Assembly: GCA_030141605.1 (NCBI GenBank)
Contig: JAQGDQ010001287.1
Span: 1 to 49,664, forward strand
DNA length: 49,664 bases
Direction: 5' to 3'
From: Tubiluchus corallicola
Lineage: Eukaryota > Animalia > Priapulida
Positions within the stretch are counted from its first letter, which is position 1, and each line of letters begins with the position of its first letter. The position numbers and the translations under genes are program-made. Shown piece by piece: positions 36,825 through 49,266 of the stretch. The notes beneath the pieces are model-generated. The model worked only from the letters and a program-made list of their open reading frames with translations. It had not been told where the DNA came from and did no database searches.

Positions 36825-37875
36825 AAAGAAAATGTAACTATAACTATATACTTTCTGGAAGTGGAAAAGGAAATGTAACTATAACTATATACTTTTCTGG
36901 AAGTGGAAAAGGAAATGTAACTGTAACTATATACTTTTCGGAAGGTGGAAAGGAAATGTAACTATAACTATATACTTTTCTGGAGGTAGAAAAGGAAATG
37001 TAACTATAACTATATACTTTTCGGAAGGTGGAAAGGAAATGTAACTATAACCATATACTTTTTTGGAGGTGGAAAGGAAATGTAACTATAACTATATACT
37101 TTTCTAGAGGTGGAAAAGGAAATGTAACTGTAACTATATACTTTCTAGAGGTGGAAAAGGAAATGTAACTATAACTATATACTTTTCGGAAGGTGGAAAG
37201 GAAATGTAACAATAACTATATACTTTTCTGGAAGTGGAAAAGGGAATGTAACTATAACTATATACTTTTCTAGAGGTGGAAAAAGAAATGTAACTATAAC
37301 TATATACTTTTCTGGAGGTGGAAAAGGAAATGTAACTATAACTATATACTTTTCTGGAGGTGGAAAAGGAAATGTAACTATAACTATATACTTTCTGGAG
37401 GTGGAAAAGGAAATGTAACTATAACTATATGCTTTTCTGGTGGTGGAAAGGAAATGTAACTATAACTATATACTTTTCTGGAGGTGGAAAAGGAAATGTA
37501 ACTATAACTATATACTTTTCTGGAGGTGGAAAAGGAAATGTAACTATAACTATATACTTTTCTGGTGGTGGAAAAGGAAATGTAACTATAACTATATACT
37601 TTTCTGGTGGTGGAAAGGAAATGTAACTATAACTATATACTTTTCTGGAGGTGGAAAAGGAAATGTAACTATAACTATATACTTTTCTGGAGGTGGAAAA
37701 GGAAATGTAACTATAACTATATACTTTTCTGGTGGTGGAAAGGAAATGTAACTATAACTATATACTTTTCTGGAGGTGGAAAAGGAAATGTAACTATAAC
37801 TATATGCTTTTCTGGAGGTGGAAAAGGAAATGTAACCATAACTATATACATTTCTGGTGGTGGAAAGGAACTGTA
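36825..37875. repeat. 41-42-bp minisatellite, about 25 copies, probably inside a TIR element (36770-37961)
   Basis: Unit gtaactataactatatacttttctggaggtggaaaaggaaat. Flanks cagggcttgcgtaggcagtaac and aattaccccggcact look like degenerate TIRs. Confidence 0.95.
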
Positions 37876-38624
37876 ATTATACACAGTTACTTTTTGAGAG
37901 TGGATTTGTGACTGCAGCGAGTTACATTTTCAAAAATAGTAAAGGAATTACCCCGGCACTAAAAACTACTTCGCAGAAATGTCTAGATAAGTTCAAATGT
38001 GCAATAGACAGGCAATGGACTATGGACAATATGTAGTTAGTGCACTATGACTGTCCTGAAATGCCTAATTTATTACTAAATACAGATACTATTTTTTAAA
38101 TTTTTATAAGTCACTCAACATAAGCAATCAACTGCGACTAATGCGCCCTAGTGCGGCAATATTTGAAACTAATAGCTAGCGTTTACAGGCAATGTTTAAA
38201 CGGTTCTCTAAGCAATTTGCTATAACCAATGTCGTTGACTTAACTTTACAATGTTGTAACTAATACTCAAACGACAATTGTACACTCGCAACAGTAACCA
38301 GCTGAGAAGAAAAGCGATTATTTACATAGATTCCTTCTCAAAGTGAAATTTTATGTCAAGTAGTTTAACGGAAGCCATTAGCGATATAATAAAGCATTCA
38401 GTCGCTTAATGGATTGGTAAAACGAATTGTTGCAGTGAATAAACCAATAGCCACAGATTGCTAATTTGCTGATATTAAAGGATGGTTTACATCTACTCAC
38501 ATTTGGTAGCGTTAGTATATTTGTGCAACGTAAACACCAATGCCACCAAAATAAACGAATGGTGGGTTTAGAAACAAAGTTTAGAAAAAGTTTTTTAACT
38601 TTGATGAGATTAAATTATGGTAAA

Positions 38625-39324
38625 TTAGACTAGGTTAGGTTAGGTTAGGTTAGGTTAGGCTAGGCTAGGTTAGGTTAGGTTAGGTTAGGTTAGGTTAGGT
38701 TAGGTTAGGTTAGGTTAGGTTAGGTTAGGTTAGGTTAGGTTAGGTTAGGTTAGGTTAGGTTAGGTTAGGTTAAATTAGATTACATTACATTAGATTAGGT
38801 TGGGATGAGTTGGGTTGGATTGGATTGGTTTGGGTTGGGTTGGATTGGATTGGATTAGATTAGATTGGATTGGATTGGATTGGATTGGATTGGATTGGAT
38901 TGGATTGGATTGGATTGGATTGGATTGGATTGGATTGGATTGGATTGGATTGGATTGGATTGGATTGGATTGGATTGGATTGGATTGGATTGGATTGGAT
39001 TGGATTAGATTAGATTAGATTAGATTAGATTAGATTAGATTAGATTAGATTAGATTAGATTAGATTAGATTAGATTAGATTAGATTAGATTAGATTAGAT
39101 TAGATTAGATTAGATTAGATTAGATTAGATTAGATTAGATTAGATTAGATTAGATTAGATTAGATTAGATTAGATTAGATTAGATTAGATTAGATTAGAT
39201 TAGATTAGATTAGATTAGATTAGATTAGATTAGATTAGATTAGATTAGATTAGGCTAGGCTAGGCTAGGCTAGGCTAGGCTAGGCTAGGCTAGACTAGAC
39301 TAGACTAGACTAGACTAGATTAGA
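38625..39324. repeat. Compound pentanucleotide array (TTAGG)n-(TTGGA)n-(TTAGA)n-(CTAGG)n-(CTAGA)n
   Basis: Direct inspection. Confidence 0.97.
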
Positions 39325-39325
39325 G

Positions 39326-39720
39326 TAATTTATCTGTGTGATTCCATATGCATATGTACTATTTAATTCCACACAATTCATTATAATTACATTGAGATGG
39401 GTTGGCGAAAGACCGTAATGGTCACCTAGTAGCCACCCCTATTTATAAAACATTACTATTGTATTTAGTTAATTTAGTAGTGCTATTAGCAGCTGGTCAG
39501 AGACTAATATTTTGCAGTTATCATATTAATAAAATCATGTTAGTAGGTAAAAATCAACAATGAGATTATCAGATGTTCTTTACATAAGTTCAGGCAAATC
39601 ATCGTCATATTCCACAGCGGAAACCTATCATTTAATTTCAACACGCTTTAGTAATATAGGTTAAATGAGTTTGTTAGATTGAGTCATTAAACGAAATAAA
39701 ATGATTTGATTTACTGTGGA
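39326..39720 (-). mobile_element. 3' remnant of a CR1/L2-group LINE
   Basis: The minus strand of 39399-39439 reads gggtggctactaggtgaccattacggtctttcgccaaccc, resembling the 3' stem-loop gggcagctgactagatgaccaattggtctttcgctgccc of the intact LINE. Confidence 0.55.
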
Positions 39721-39764
39721 ACGAGAATTTGATTTGAATTTGTCAATTTTAGTGTGTTGAATGT

Positions 39765-40195
39765 TTATGTGAAGTTAAGTTTATGACATATATCAGTGTT
39801 TGATGTTGCTTTCTGTTTTTTTATATTTGTGTTTTCATATTTGTATTTGTATTTTTGTTTATTAATGTTCTACGTACCATCTTGTACATATATTTCTTTT
39901 GTCTGGTACTTTGTAATTATGTGAAGTTGAGTTTGTGACATACATCAGTGTTTGATATTGTTTATGTTTTTTTTGTATTTGTATTTTTGTTGATAAATGT
40001 TCTACGTACCATCTTGTACATATATTTGTTTTGTCTGGTACTTTGTAATTATGTGAAGTTGAGTTTGTGACATACATCAGTGTTTGATGTTGTTTTCTGT
40101 TTTTGTATTTGTGTTTTTGTATTTGTATTTTTATTTATTAATGTTCTACCTACCGTCTTGTACATACATTTGTTTTGTCTGGTACTTTGTAATTA
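39765..40195. repeat. ~130-150-bp tandem repeat, three copies
   Basis: ttatgtgaagtt recurs at about 39766, 39917 and 40049. Confidence 0.88.
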
Positions 40196-40679
40196 ATGAT
40201 CGTATAATTTTGTTAATGTATTTTTACCCAATAAATTATAACCTATATGTAAGCTGACACAGCAACCGTGACACTGCTAGGATCTACTGTTTCTATGACA
40301 TCTAAACGTTTTGTGATGAAGGAAAACTTCTGCATAATAATAAAAAACTTGATCTAAGCAGCTTAAATGTTGCTTTTCGCGTTGAATGCTTTCAGTAAAT
40401 TTTCAATAGCCCTACGCGATGCGTCTAACAAACATTGTAAATCATCAGAACAAAGATCTTTCTCCTCAAATCTTGCTGATCAGATGAAATTTACGTTTAT
40501 CTTTTCAAACTGTCGACTTAAATAGCTTCACACAATAACGCTTTTTTATCATCTCCATTCTCTGTTCGGCTCGTGTGACTCTGTTCTTGTTGAAACGCTT
40601 TTGTTATTACTTGCACAGATCATTTTACTACATAATCTATAGACACACAGAAGCAAACCAAGCTAACATGACTGACGTA

Positions 40680-41052
40680 TCTGAATGACTGACTGACAGC
40701 AGACTGAGTGACTGGCTGGCTGGCTGAGTGACAGCTGACTGACTGAGTGACTGGCTGACTGATTGATTGACTAGCTGGCTACATGACTGACTGCCTGACT
40801 GGCTGGCTGAGCGACTAGCTCACTGACTGACTAGCTGGCTACTTGACTGATTGATTGACTGACTGACTAACTAACTAACTAACTGACTGACAGCTGGCTG
40901 ACTGACTGACTAACTAACTGACTGACTAACTAAATGGATGAATGAATGAATGAATGAATGAATGAATGAATGAATGAATGAATGAATGAATGAATGAATG
41001 AATGAATGAATGAATGAATGAATGAATGAATGAATGAATAAATGAATGAATG
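40680..41052. repeat. (CTGA/CTGG/CTAA)n followed by (TGAA)n microsatellite
   Basis: Direct inspection. Confidence 0.95.
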
Positions 41053-41820
41053 GAAGGAACGAGTTTTCGCAGCATTTCCTTAGCGTTTACTCAGTCTTGG
41101 TATTCTTGTAAAGGTACCGAAACAGCTTACAAAGTACTGCTGTGGGTAAAGCAAAGCAAAATTCAGTAACTTCAGTTGTTCTATGTGGACTTGACTTAAT
41201 TATGTGCATTAGTCTCTGCAGGATCTTGCTTGGAAACAAGGAAAAATGAACTAGGTAAGGTTCTATAGCTAGCATTTGTCCCTTTTCTTAATTACTATTG
41301 CAACAGCATGGGCTGCAAGGATGGATTGTCAAGTATGCACAACACATTGTCTGTTACACATAACCTTTGACCTTTTCAAGATCGTCATCAATCATTATCA
41401 CGTAATTAGCCTCTAAAATTTATTTAGCTTTTAATTTACTAACCCTGTATATATATATATATATATATATTATTTTAGCTCCTATTTGTAGTTTATACGG
41501 TCTTGTATACACTCAAAATAGAAAATAAATTGAGTTGAATTGAAAGGGAGTCTTTTTAACTTCAGAAAGTTGGGTATCATCACAAAGGACGCCCTATGTA
41601 TTATTCATAGCAGCACTTGATTATAGTCGGGCATAATAATACCGATCAAGTAATGAAGGACCACTTTAGCCTGGCTCTGAGTACGGCAGAATAATTAGAG
41701 AGTACCAACTCTGCCAAGTGTATGATCAATATCTTCAAACAGTTGTATCGTGGCTATTCCACGAGCATCAGAGAAATGTCCAGTTAGGACTCAGGACAAA
41801 AAATTAATGTAAGACGGATT

Positions 41821-42580
41821 TGATTCTTTTACACTTTCTCGTACACAGCATGATTCTTTTAAACGTTTTTGTACACAGCATAATTCTTTTACACGTTTTT
41901 GTGCGCAGCATGATTCTTTTACACGTTTTTGTACACAGCATGATTCTTTTACACGTTCGTGTACACAGCATGATTCTTTGACACGTTTTTGTGCACAGCA
42001 TGATTCTTTTACACGTTTTTGTACACAGCATGATTCTTTTACACGTTTGTGTACACAGCATGATTCTTTTACACGTTTTTGTGCACAGCATAATTCTTTT
42101 ACGCGTTTTTGTACACAGCATGATTCTTTCACATGTTCGTGTACACAGCATGATTCTTTGACACGTTTTTGTGCACAGCATGATTCTTTTACACGTTTTT
42201 GTACACAGCATGATTCTTTTACACGTTTGTGTACACAGCATGATTCTTTGACACGTTTTTGTACACAGCATGATACTTTTACACGTTTTTGTGCACAGCA
42301 TGATTCTTTTACACGTTTGTGTACACAGCATGATTCTTTTACACGTTTTTGTACACAGCATGATACTTTTACACGTTTGTGTACACAGCATGATTCTTTT
42401 ACACGTTTTTGTGCACAGCATGATTCTTTTACACGTTTTTGTACACAGCATGATGCTTTTACACGTTTTTGTGCACAGCATGATTCTTTTACGCGTTTTT
42501 GTACACAGCATGATTCTTTTACACGTTTTTGTACACAGCATGATTCTTTTACACGTTTTTGTACACAGCATGATTCTTTT
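41821..42580. repeat. 30-bp minisatellite, about 25 copies
   Basis: Unit tgattcttttacacgtttttgtacacagca. Confidence 0.97.
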
Positions 42581-43008
42581 TCGGTAGATTTTTGAAGAAC
42601 CTTCAGCCGATGTAAAAAGGAGACAAGACAATTTTTCATACACTGCCCCATTTTCAAGTCCGATATACCGTATGCATTTTAACACCAATAATACTGTAAA
42701 AGCACAATGATAACAAAAGCACAATACTAACAAAAGTTTGATGATCACAAAAGCACAACGATAACAAAAGTACGATACTAACAAAGGCATAATACTAACA
42801 AAAGCACACTACTAACAAAAGCACAATACTAACAAAAGCACAATGATAGCAAAAGCACAATACTAACAAAAGCACTATACTAACACATAGAAACAAGTGT
42901 AGTAAGAAAACATTTTGTAGGCTGCGAGTTCAAATTAAGTTATTTGCTATCCTGTTTCTCCCGTACATAAAATTTATTACCAAGTTTCTCATCTCTACAT
43001 TTAGGCCA

Positions 43009-43250
43009 TTAATAAACAACTTTTTCTGCAGAAGGAGGAAATGTTTTTAAAACATTTTTAAATACTTTTCTCTCATTTTGATAAGCAGGACATGTCATGC
43101 AAAAATGCATTTCATCTTCCACTTGATTCATCTCACACAATTTACATATTCTTTGGTGAGCTGGTATTTTTGGTTTATGATACCTCCCCCCTCCCTCAAT
43201 ATACAACTTGTGCCCACTAATTTTAAATCTAGTGTATATGGTTATACGTT
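43009..43250 (-). pseudogene. LINE ORF2 C-terminal zinc-knuckle fragment (RTEX-like)
   Basis: YTRFKISGHKLYIE..GRY...RICKLC....EDEMHF...CPAY motif, truncated upstream by a MITE. Confidence 0.7.
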
Positions 43251-43257
43251 CGCTTGG

Positions 43258-43636
43258 AATGAACCTTTTTACAGTTCCAGCGATTGATGATGATCGTGAA
43301 AGGTCAAAGGTTAAGTGTACTAGACAACGCATTTGTGTACACTTGACAACGCCCCGCAGCCCATTGTAATAGTAACAGTTTTAACAACTACGTGGCATCT
43401 TACCAAATTCATTTTTCTTATTCCCTTGTAAGATCCTGCTAGTAAATCACGCTCCGCACATACTAATGCATAAGTAACTAAAGTCGACGTAAAACAACTG
43501 AAGCTACTGAACTGATGTTTTGCGTTACCCACACGTCTCGTGACGATTGTGGTTAAGACGCATTCCTGTGGTACACTTAAGCTTTGACCTACAGAACCTG
43601 CGCGTGCGCAAAAACGAAACTGCAAAAAGGCTTACT
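43258..43636 (+). mobile_element. MITE family A
   Basis: Same core and termini (…aaactgcaaaaaggcttac). Confidence 0.8.
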
Positions 43637-44586
43637 GGACTATTACGCATAAGCAAATTTCTTCCAAACAATATACAGTTTTAAAAAAGCTATAAGTTCG
43701 AAGTTTGTTACCCTCATCATCATTGGTGTCGTTGTAAATCTTTTTCAAAAAATAGTCATTATATCTATCGTGTAGTTTCTTATCAATAGACACCCATTCT
43801 GCATATCTTGTATCAAACCCATATCTTATATGTGCAGATATAATAATGTAAGTACTTTATTTGGTCATGTTTTTACAATGATTTCGCAAAATACTTTCAG
43901 TAAGATTTCAACACCTTCCTCCGAAAAATCACAAGGAATTTTCCCTCACTTTTCACGGAATCACATTCAAGAGAGACAAGAATCTCGCGCATCAATCAAA
44001 GAGGGCGTAGCGATACGATACGACGAATCAACTGAATAGGACGACAAATTTCAACTCTATTGAATAGCAGCGCGTTAAAATGAAATGATTGATTTCAATG
44101 TATTTGTGTTAGTTTGTGTTACAAGGAAGTTCTATTCTCGGTTAGTTCAGCCTGGTATAGATGTGCCTGGAAACGCTATAGCGTCCGTGTTGATTTTGAG
44201 GCGGTACCTCAACGCGAAGGGTCAATCCAATTTCAATTCAAAGCGTTGGTCAAACGAAGCATGTGATAATATTTTCCTATCGGTTTTACGGAAATTACTT
44301 TTGGTGTGAGTCGCGTTTGCGTTTAATGCGTACAATTTAAAAGTTGTTGGACCAGCGTCCGCTCACTGTTGGTTGAATTGGTTTTGCTGAAAGAGAACTT
44401 GAATTGTCTCGACGCAAACTCACTGAAAGCACTTTAGTAAATGGAATTATACACTATTTCCCCACACATTTCAATTGATTAACAAGTTCCAATAGCAATC
44501 CACCGACTCACAGAATCAATAAAGAAAATTTCAATTAATACGTTTAGCTATAGTATTAAGATACAAAAAACTTACCACTCTCAGAC

Positions 44587-45352
44587 TTAAAGGAAGACAG
44601 AATGATTTTTCATATTACTACCCCTAATCAGCTCTTATAAAAAGTATACATTTTAACACAATTAATACTGCAAAAGCGTTTCTGATAATTAAATAATAGA
44701 TTAAAAACTTAATTAACGGCGGTGAGGCCAACTATTGATGACATCACAAACTAACATAATTTTCAACAGCAGAAATATTCCACGAGCATGTTGCACATGT
44801 TTGCGAAAGAGAAAATTGAAGTACAGTGCTACTGTAAGGAATTCAGTGCATTGTACTAAAACTAGGCAAGTTCTGAGATAAAAATTCAAATTTCAAATGA
44901 ACCGCTGTGCTCACTCATGAGCTGTCGAGCGTGTGTTGTTCATCACAAACTAACACATCTGAACTGAGAGGTACTGCACTTGCTTTTATGTCGTGCGTTT
45001 TGGAAATGCAGGCACTAAGTGCCCGTCTAACTAGGGAATGGCGAAATGCATGTAACAGCGAAGAATTAGTGACGCGAGTGCGAAATTGTGTTTGTGCAGT
45101 AATGATTCTTTCACGTAAGTCATTTTTGAAAAAATAGTGTGTTTCCTTACAATATTTTAAAGAGTCGTCGTCACCAGTGACGTCATTGGTGGAAGAAAAT
45201 GGGCATTGAAAATGGGAGCACCCAAGCATGAAGTGCTCGCGACTTTAAAGTGATTTTACTAATTACACGAGGCGCTTATTGCAGTTTTATTACTAAATAC
45301 TTCTAACATTGACATAAGCCTAACCTCCTTGAAGGCTTGACCTTTCCTTTAA
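44587..45352 (+). mobile_element. Chimeric TTAA element (family C body plus family D right end)
   Basis: 44587-45165 matches family C; 45180-45352 matches 31277-31460. Confidence 0.7.
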
Positions 45353-45849
45353 ATCCCGGTAATGCATTCGCATGACTGTAAGACAAACTTCAAATGCAGT
45401 CACTCAAGTTGTAGGTAAGTTTCATATCTGCTGCACTGTCTGAGCGATCGAATGACTTACACGGGCCAATAGGTTAACTAATTTCCATTTGCCAATGATA
45501 ACAGTTGCGTTTGAAGGCAGTGCCTCAAGACTGTAAGACTGACGGTTTAACCAAACTCCAATTGATCGAGAATGTTCATCAGTGCAGGGCTGACATATAC
45601 GTGTAAAGCTGAGTCTTCAGTTTGTCATTGTCAATAACACGGCTTGACAAGCAAGGTGGATTAGATACTTGAATATTGTATGAAGGGTCCACATGTGGGG
45701 GGATAATATTTCTTATATCCCAGCTCTCTGAGCAAACATAGCTGTGGTCAGTGCTTGATTAATATACATAACACGTATTGTAACAACGAAGTCTTGCGTG
45801 AGATGAATCCACTTAGGCTAGCTGAAATTGGGTAGTCAAGTTTTCATAG

Positions 45850-46232
45850 TAATAATGCCTTTTCGTAGTCCAGCGATTGATGATGATCGTGAAAAGGTCA
45901 AAGGTTAAGTGTGTGGCAGACAACGCATTTGTGTACTTGACAACGCCTCGTAGCCCATGCTGTTGTAATAATAACAGTTTTAACATCTAGCTAGAATGTT
46001 ACCTAGTTTTACCATGTCTTCTTGTTCCCAAGCAAGATCCTGCTAGTAAATCACTCTGCGCACAGACTAAACTCCACGTAGAACAACTGAAGTTACTGAA
46101 CTGATGCGACAGACGGCTTTGCTTTACCCACATGTCACGTGATGGTTGCAGTTAAGACGCGTTGCTGTAGTACATTTAACCTTTTAACAGCTACTGCGCA
46201 TGCGCACAACGAAACTGTGAAAAGGCTTATTA
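45850..46232 (+). mobile_element. MITE family A
   Basis: taataatgccttttc...aactgtgaaaaggcttatta. Partial copies also occur at 41127-41394, 47556-47672 and 49317-49580. Confidence 0.8.
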
Positions 46233-46647
46233 CATAACTACATTATTTTGGACTCAACGCCTACACATAGCTTAAAGAGGATTTGTTACAAGTTAGAGAA
46301 CGAAATCTTTCGAAAGACGAGATATTAAACGCAAGAGATTCATTATCTTATTTGTTCGTTTGTTCGTTCTTTCATTCATTTGTTTGCTCGATCATTCAAT
46401 ATTTTTGCCTACTTGGTAGTTTATTTATCACTTTGTTTGATTGTCTGTTTGTTTGTCTGATCTTTCCACCGCCTGGTCTTCGTACGTTGCTCAATATTCT
46501 ATTCATCTATCTGTTCATCGTTTCTCGTTATTTGGTTTGTTAAATGATTGTTGATTGGTGATTAATTGATTAATCGCTTAGCTGATTATTCGTGAGGTCA
46601 GAGGAATAGTTGATTGACTGGCTTCTTAACTGTTAGCATAGTTGTCG

Positions 46648-47130
46648 CCAACAATGTATATCACCAGTATGCTGAATTACATCACCAACAATGTATATCA
46701 CCAGTATCCTGAATTACATCACCAACAGTGTATGTCACCAGTATCCTGAATTTCATCACCAACAATGTATGTCACCAGTACCTGAATTACATCGCCAACA
46801 ATGTATGTCACCAGTATCCTGAATTACATCACCAACAATGTATGCCACTAGTATCCTGAATTACATCACCAACAATGTATGTCACCAGTACCTGAATTAC
46901 ATCGCCAACAATGTATGTCACCAGTATCCTGAATTACATCACCAACAATGTATGCCACTAGTATCCTGAATTACATCACCAACAATGTGTCACAAGTATT
47001 CTGAATTACATCACCAACAATGTATGTCACTAGTATCCTGAATTACATCACCAACAATGTATATCACCAGTATCCTGAATTATATCACCAACAATGTATG
47101 ACAGTAGTATTCTGAATTACATCACCAACA
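46648..47130. repeat. 36-bp minisatellite, about 13 copies
   Basis: Unit catcaccaacaatgtatgtcaccagtatcctgaatta. Confidence 0.95.
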
Positions 47131-47679
47131 TTAATGCGCCAGAGCATCACGCATTAACCCAATATTTACACAGCAAACAGACACAGACTATCTAATATTA
47201 ATCATAAGTAATAATGAATCTAAAAATTATGGTAATGGATGCAACCAGCAAGCAAATCAATTAACCGGATTATAGCATTAATAACCTACAGAATTGCATA
47301 ACTCAGGCAAAATTTGAGTGCTCGTTGTGAGTGAAGCCGAGTTACAGATTAAGATCTATGATCTAGTTTCCCCATACAAGGAACTGGGATGGTTTCTTGT
47401 GAAGTCGCACCGAAAGTCCGAAATTTCGTCAAATTTTCGGTTGGTTGATACGCCATCCGCCCACGCTTTGCCGCGTTTTGTCACTTGAAAGAAAGAAATG
47501 CGTTGAGATCGGACGATCAGTGACGAATTCATCGTTTCGGTGCCGTTTTATTGTTTAACTATTACAATGGGTTGCGGGGCGTTGTCAAGCGTACACAAAT
47601 GCGTTGTCTAGTACACTTAACCTTTGACCTTTCACGATCATCATCAATCGCTGGAACTGTAAAAAGGTTCATTCCAAGC

Positions 47680-47880
47680 GAACGTATAACAATATACACT
47701 AGATTTAAAATTAGTGGGCACAAGTTGTATATTGAGGGAGGGGGGAGGTATCATAAACCAAAAATACCAGCTCACCAAAGAATATGTAAATTGTGTGAGA
47801 TGAATCAAATGGAAGATGAAATGCATTTTTGCATGACATGTCCTGCTTATCAAAATAGAAAAGTATTTAAAAATGTTTAA
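47680..47880 (+). pseudogene. Second copy of the RTEX-like C-terminal fragment (in the inverted duplication)
   Basis: Near-identical reverse complement of 43050-43250. Confidence 0.7.
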
Positions 47881-48330
47881 AAAAATCTCTTCTGCAGAAA
47901 AGTTGTTTATTAATGGCCTAAATGTAGAGATGAGAAACTGGTAATAAATTTTATGTACGGGAGAAACAGGATAGCAAATAACTTAATTTAACCGCAGCCT
48001 ACAAAATGTTTTCTTACTACACTTGTTTCTATGTGTTAGTATAGTGCTTTTGTTAGTATTTTGCTTTTTATCATTGTGTTTGTTAGTATTGTGCTTTTTT
48101 GTTAGTAGTGTGCTTTTGTTAGTATTATGCCTTTGTTAGTATCGTACTTTTGTTATCGTTGTGCTTTTGTGATCATCGAACTTTTGTTAGTATTGTGCTT
48201 TTGTTATCATTGTGCTTTTACAGTATTATTGGTGTTAAAATGCATACGGTATATCGGACTTGAAAAGGCAGTGTATGAAAAATTGTCTTGTCTCCTTTTT
48301 ACATCGGCTGAAGGTTCTTCAAAATCTACC

Positions 48331-48882
48331 GAAAAAGAATCATGCTGTGCACAAAAACGTGTAAAAGTATCATGCTGTGTACAAAAACGTGTCAAAGAAT
48401 CATGCTGTGTACACAAACGTGTAAAAGAATCATGCTGTGCACAAAAACGTGTAAAAGTATCATGCTGTGTACAAAAACGTGTCAAAGAATCATGCTGTGT
48501 ACACAAACGTGTAAAAGAATCATGCTGTGCACAAAAACGTGTAAAAGTATCATGCTGTGTACAAAAACGTGTCAAAGAATCATGCTGTGTACACAAACGT
48601 GTAAAAGAATCATGCTGTGCACAAAAACGTGTAAAAGTATCATGCTGTGTACAAAAACGTGTCAAAGAATCATGCTGTGTACACAAACGTGTAAAAGAAT
48701 CATGCTGTGCACAAAAACGTGTCAAAGAATCATGCTGTGTACACGAACGTGTAAAAGAATCATGCTGTGTACAAAAACGTGTAAAAGAATCATGCTGCGC
48801 ACAAAAACGTGTAAAAGAATTATGCTGTGTACAAAAACGTTTAAAAGAATCATGCTGCGTACGAGAAAGTGTAAAAGAATCA
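48331..48882. repeat. 30-bp minisatellite, about 18 copies (inverted copy)
   Basis: Unit gtaaaagaatcatgctgtgtacaaaaacgt, with a 90-bp higher-order repeat. Confidence 0.97.
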
Positions 48883-49228
48883 AATCCGTCTTACATTAAT
48901 TTTTTGTCCTGAGTCCTAACTGGACATTTCTCTGATGCTCGTGGAATAGCCACGATACAACTGTTTGAAGATATTGATCATACACTTGGCAGAGTTGGTA
49001 CTCTCTAATTATTCTGCCGTACTCAGAGCCAGGCTAAAGTGGTCCTTCATTACTTGATCGGTATTATTATGCCCGACTATAATCAAGTGCTGCTATGAAT
49101 AATACATAGGGCGTCCTTTGTGATGATACCCAACTTTCTGAAGTTAAAAAGACTCCCTTTCAATTCAACTCAATTTATTTTCTATTTTGAGTGTATACAA
49201 GACCGTATAAACTACAAATAGGAGCTAA

Positions 49229-49266
<38 letters not shown>

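Larger units (their letters stand above)
41047..43373 (+). repeat. Left arm of a large inverted duplication
   Basis: Reverse complement of 47558-49664. The 62-aa ORF is identical in both arms and the other mirrored ORFs are near-identical. Confidence 0.95.

Noticed and set aside
36825-37876. CRISPR-like regular repeats and ORFs; TAACTATAAC resembles part of the I-CeuI site
   Set aside because: Head-to-tail units with no unique spacers, no cas genes and a eukaryotic context; the homing-site match is only 10 bp.
38631-38772. True chromosome end
   Set aside because: The (TTAGG)n tract is short, internal and flanked by non-telomeric sequence on both sides.
41791-42790. Long Cys-rich ORFs (ESCCVQKRVK)n and (RIMLCTKTCK)n, mirrored at 48127-48912
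   Set aside because: Products of a 30-bp minisatellite that is open in several frames on both strands; the N-termini derive from transposon and 18-bp repeat sequence.
43780-43835. Minus-strand peptide HIRYGFDTRYAEWVS resembling a chromo-barrel motif
   Set aside because: Very short, with no start, splice context or rest of the domain.
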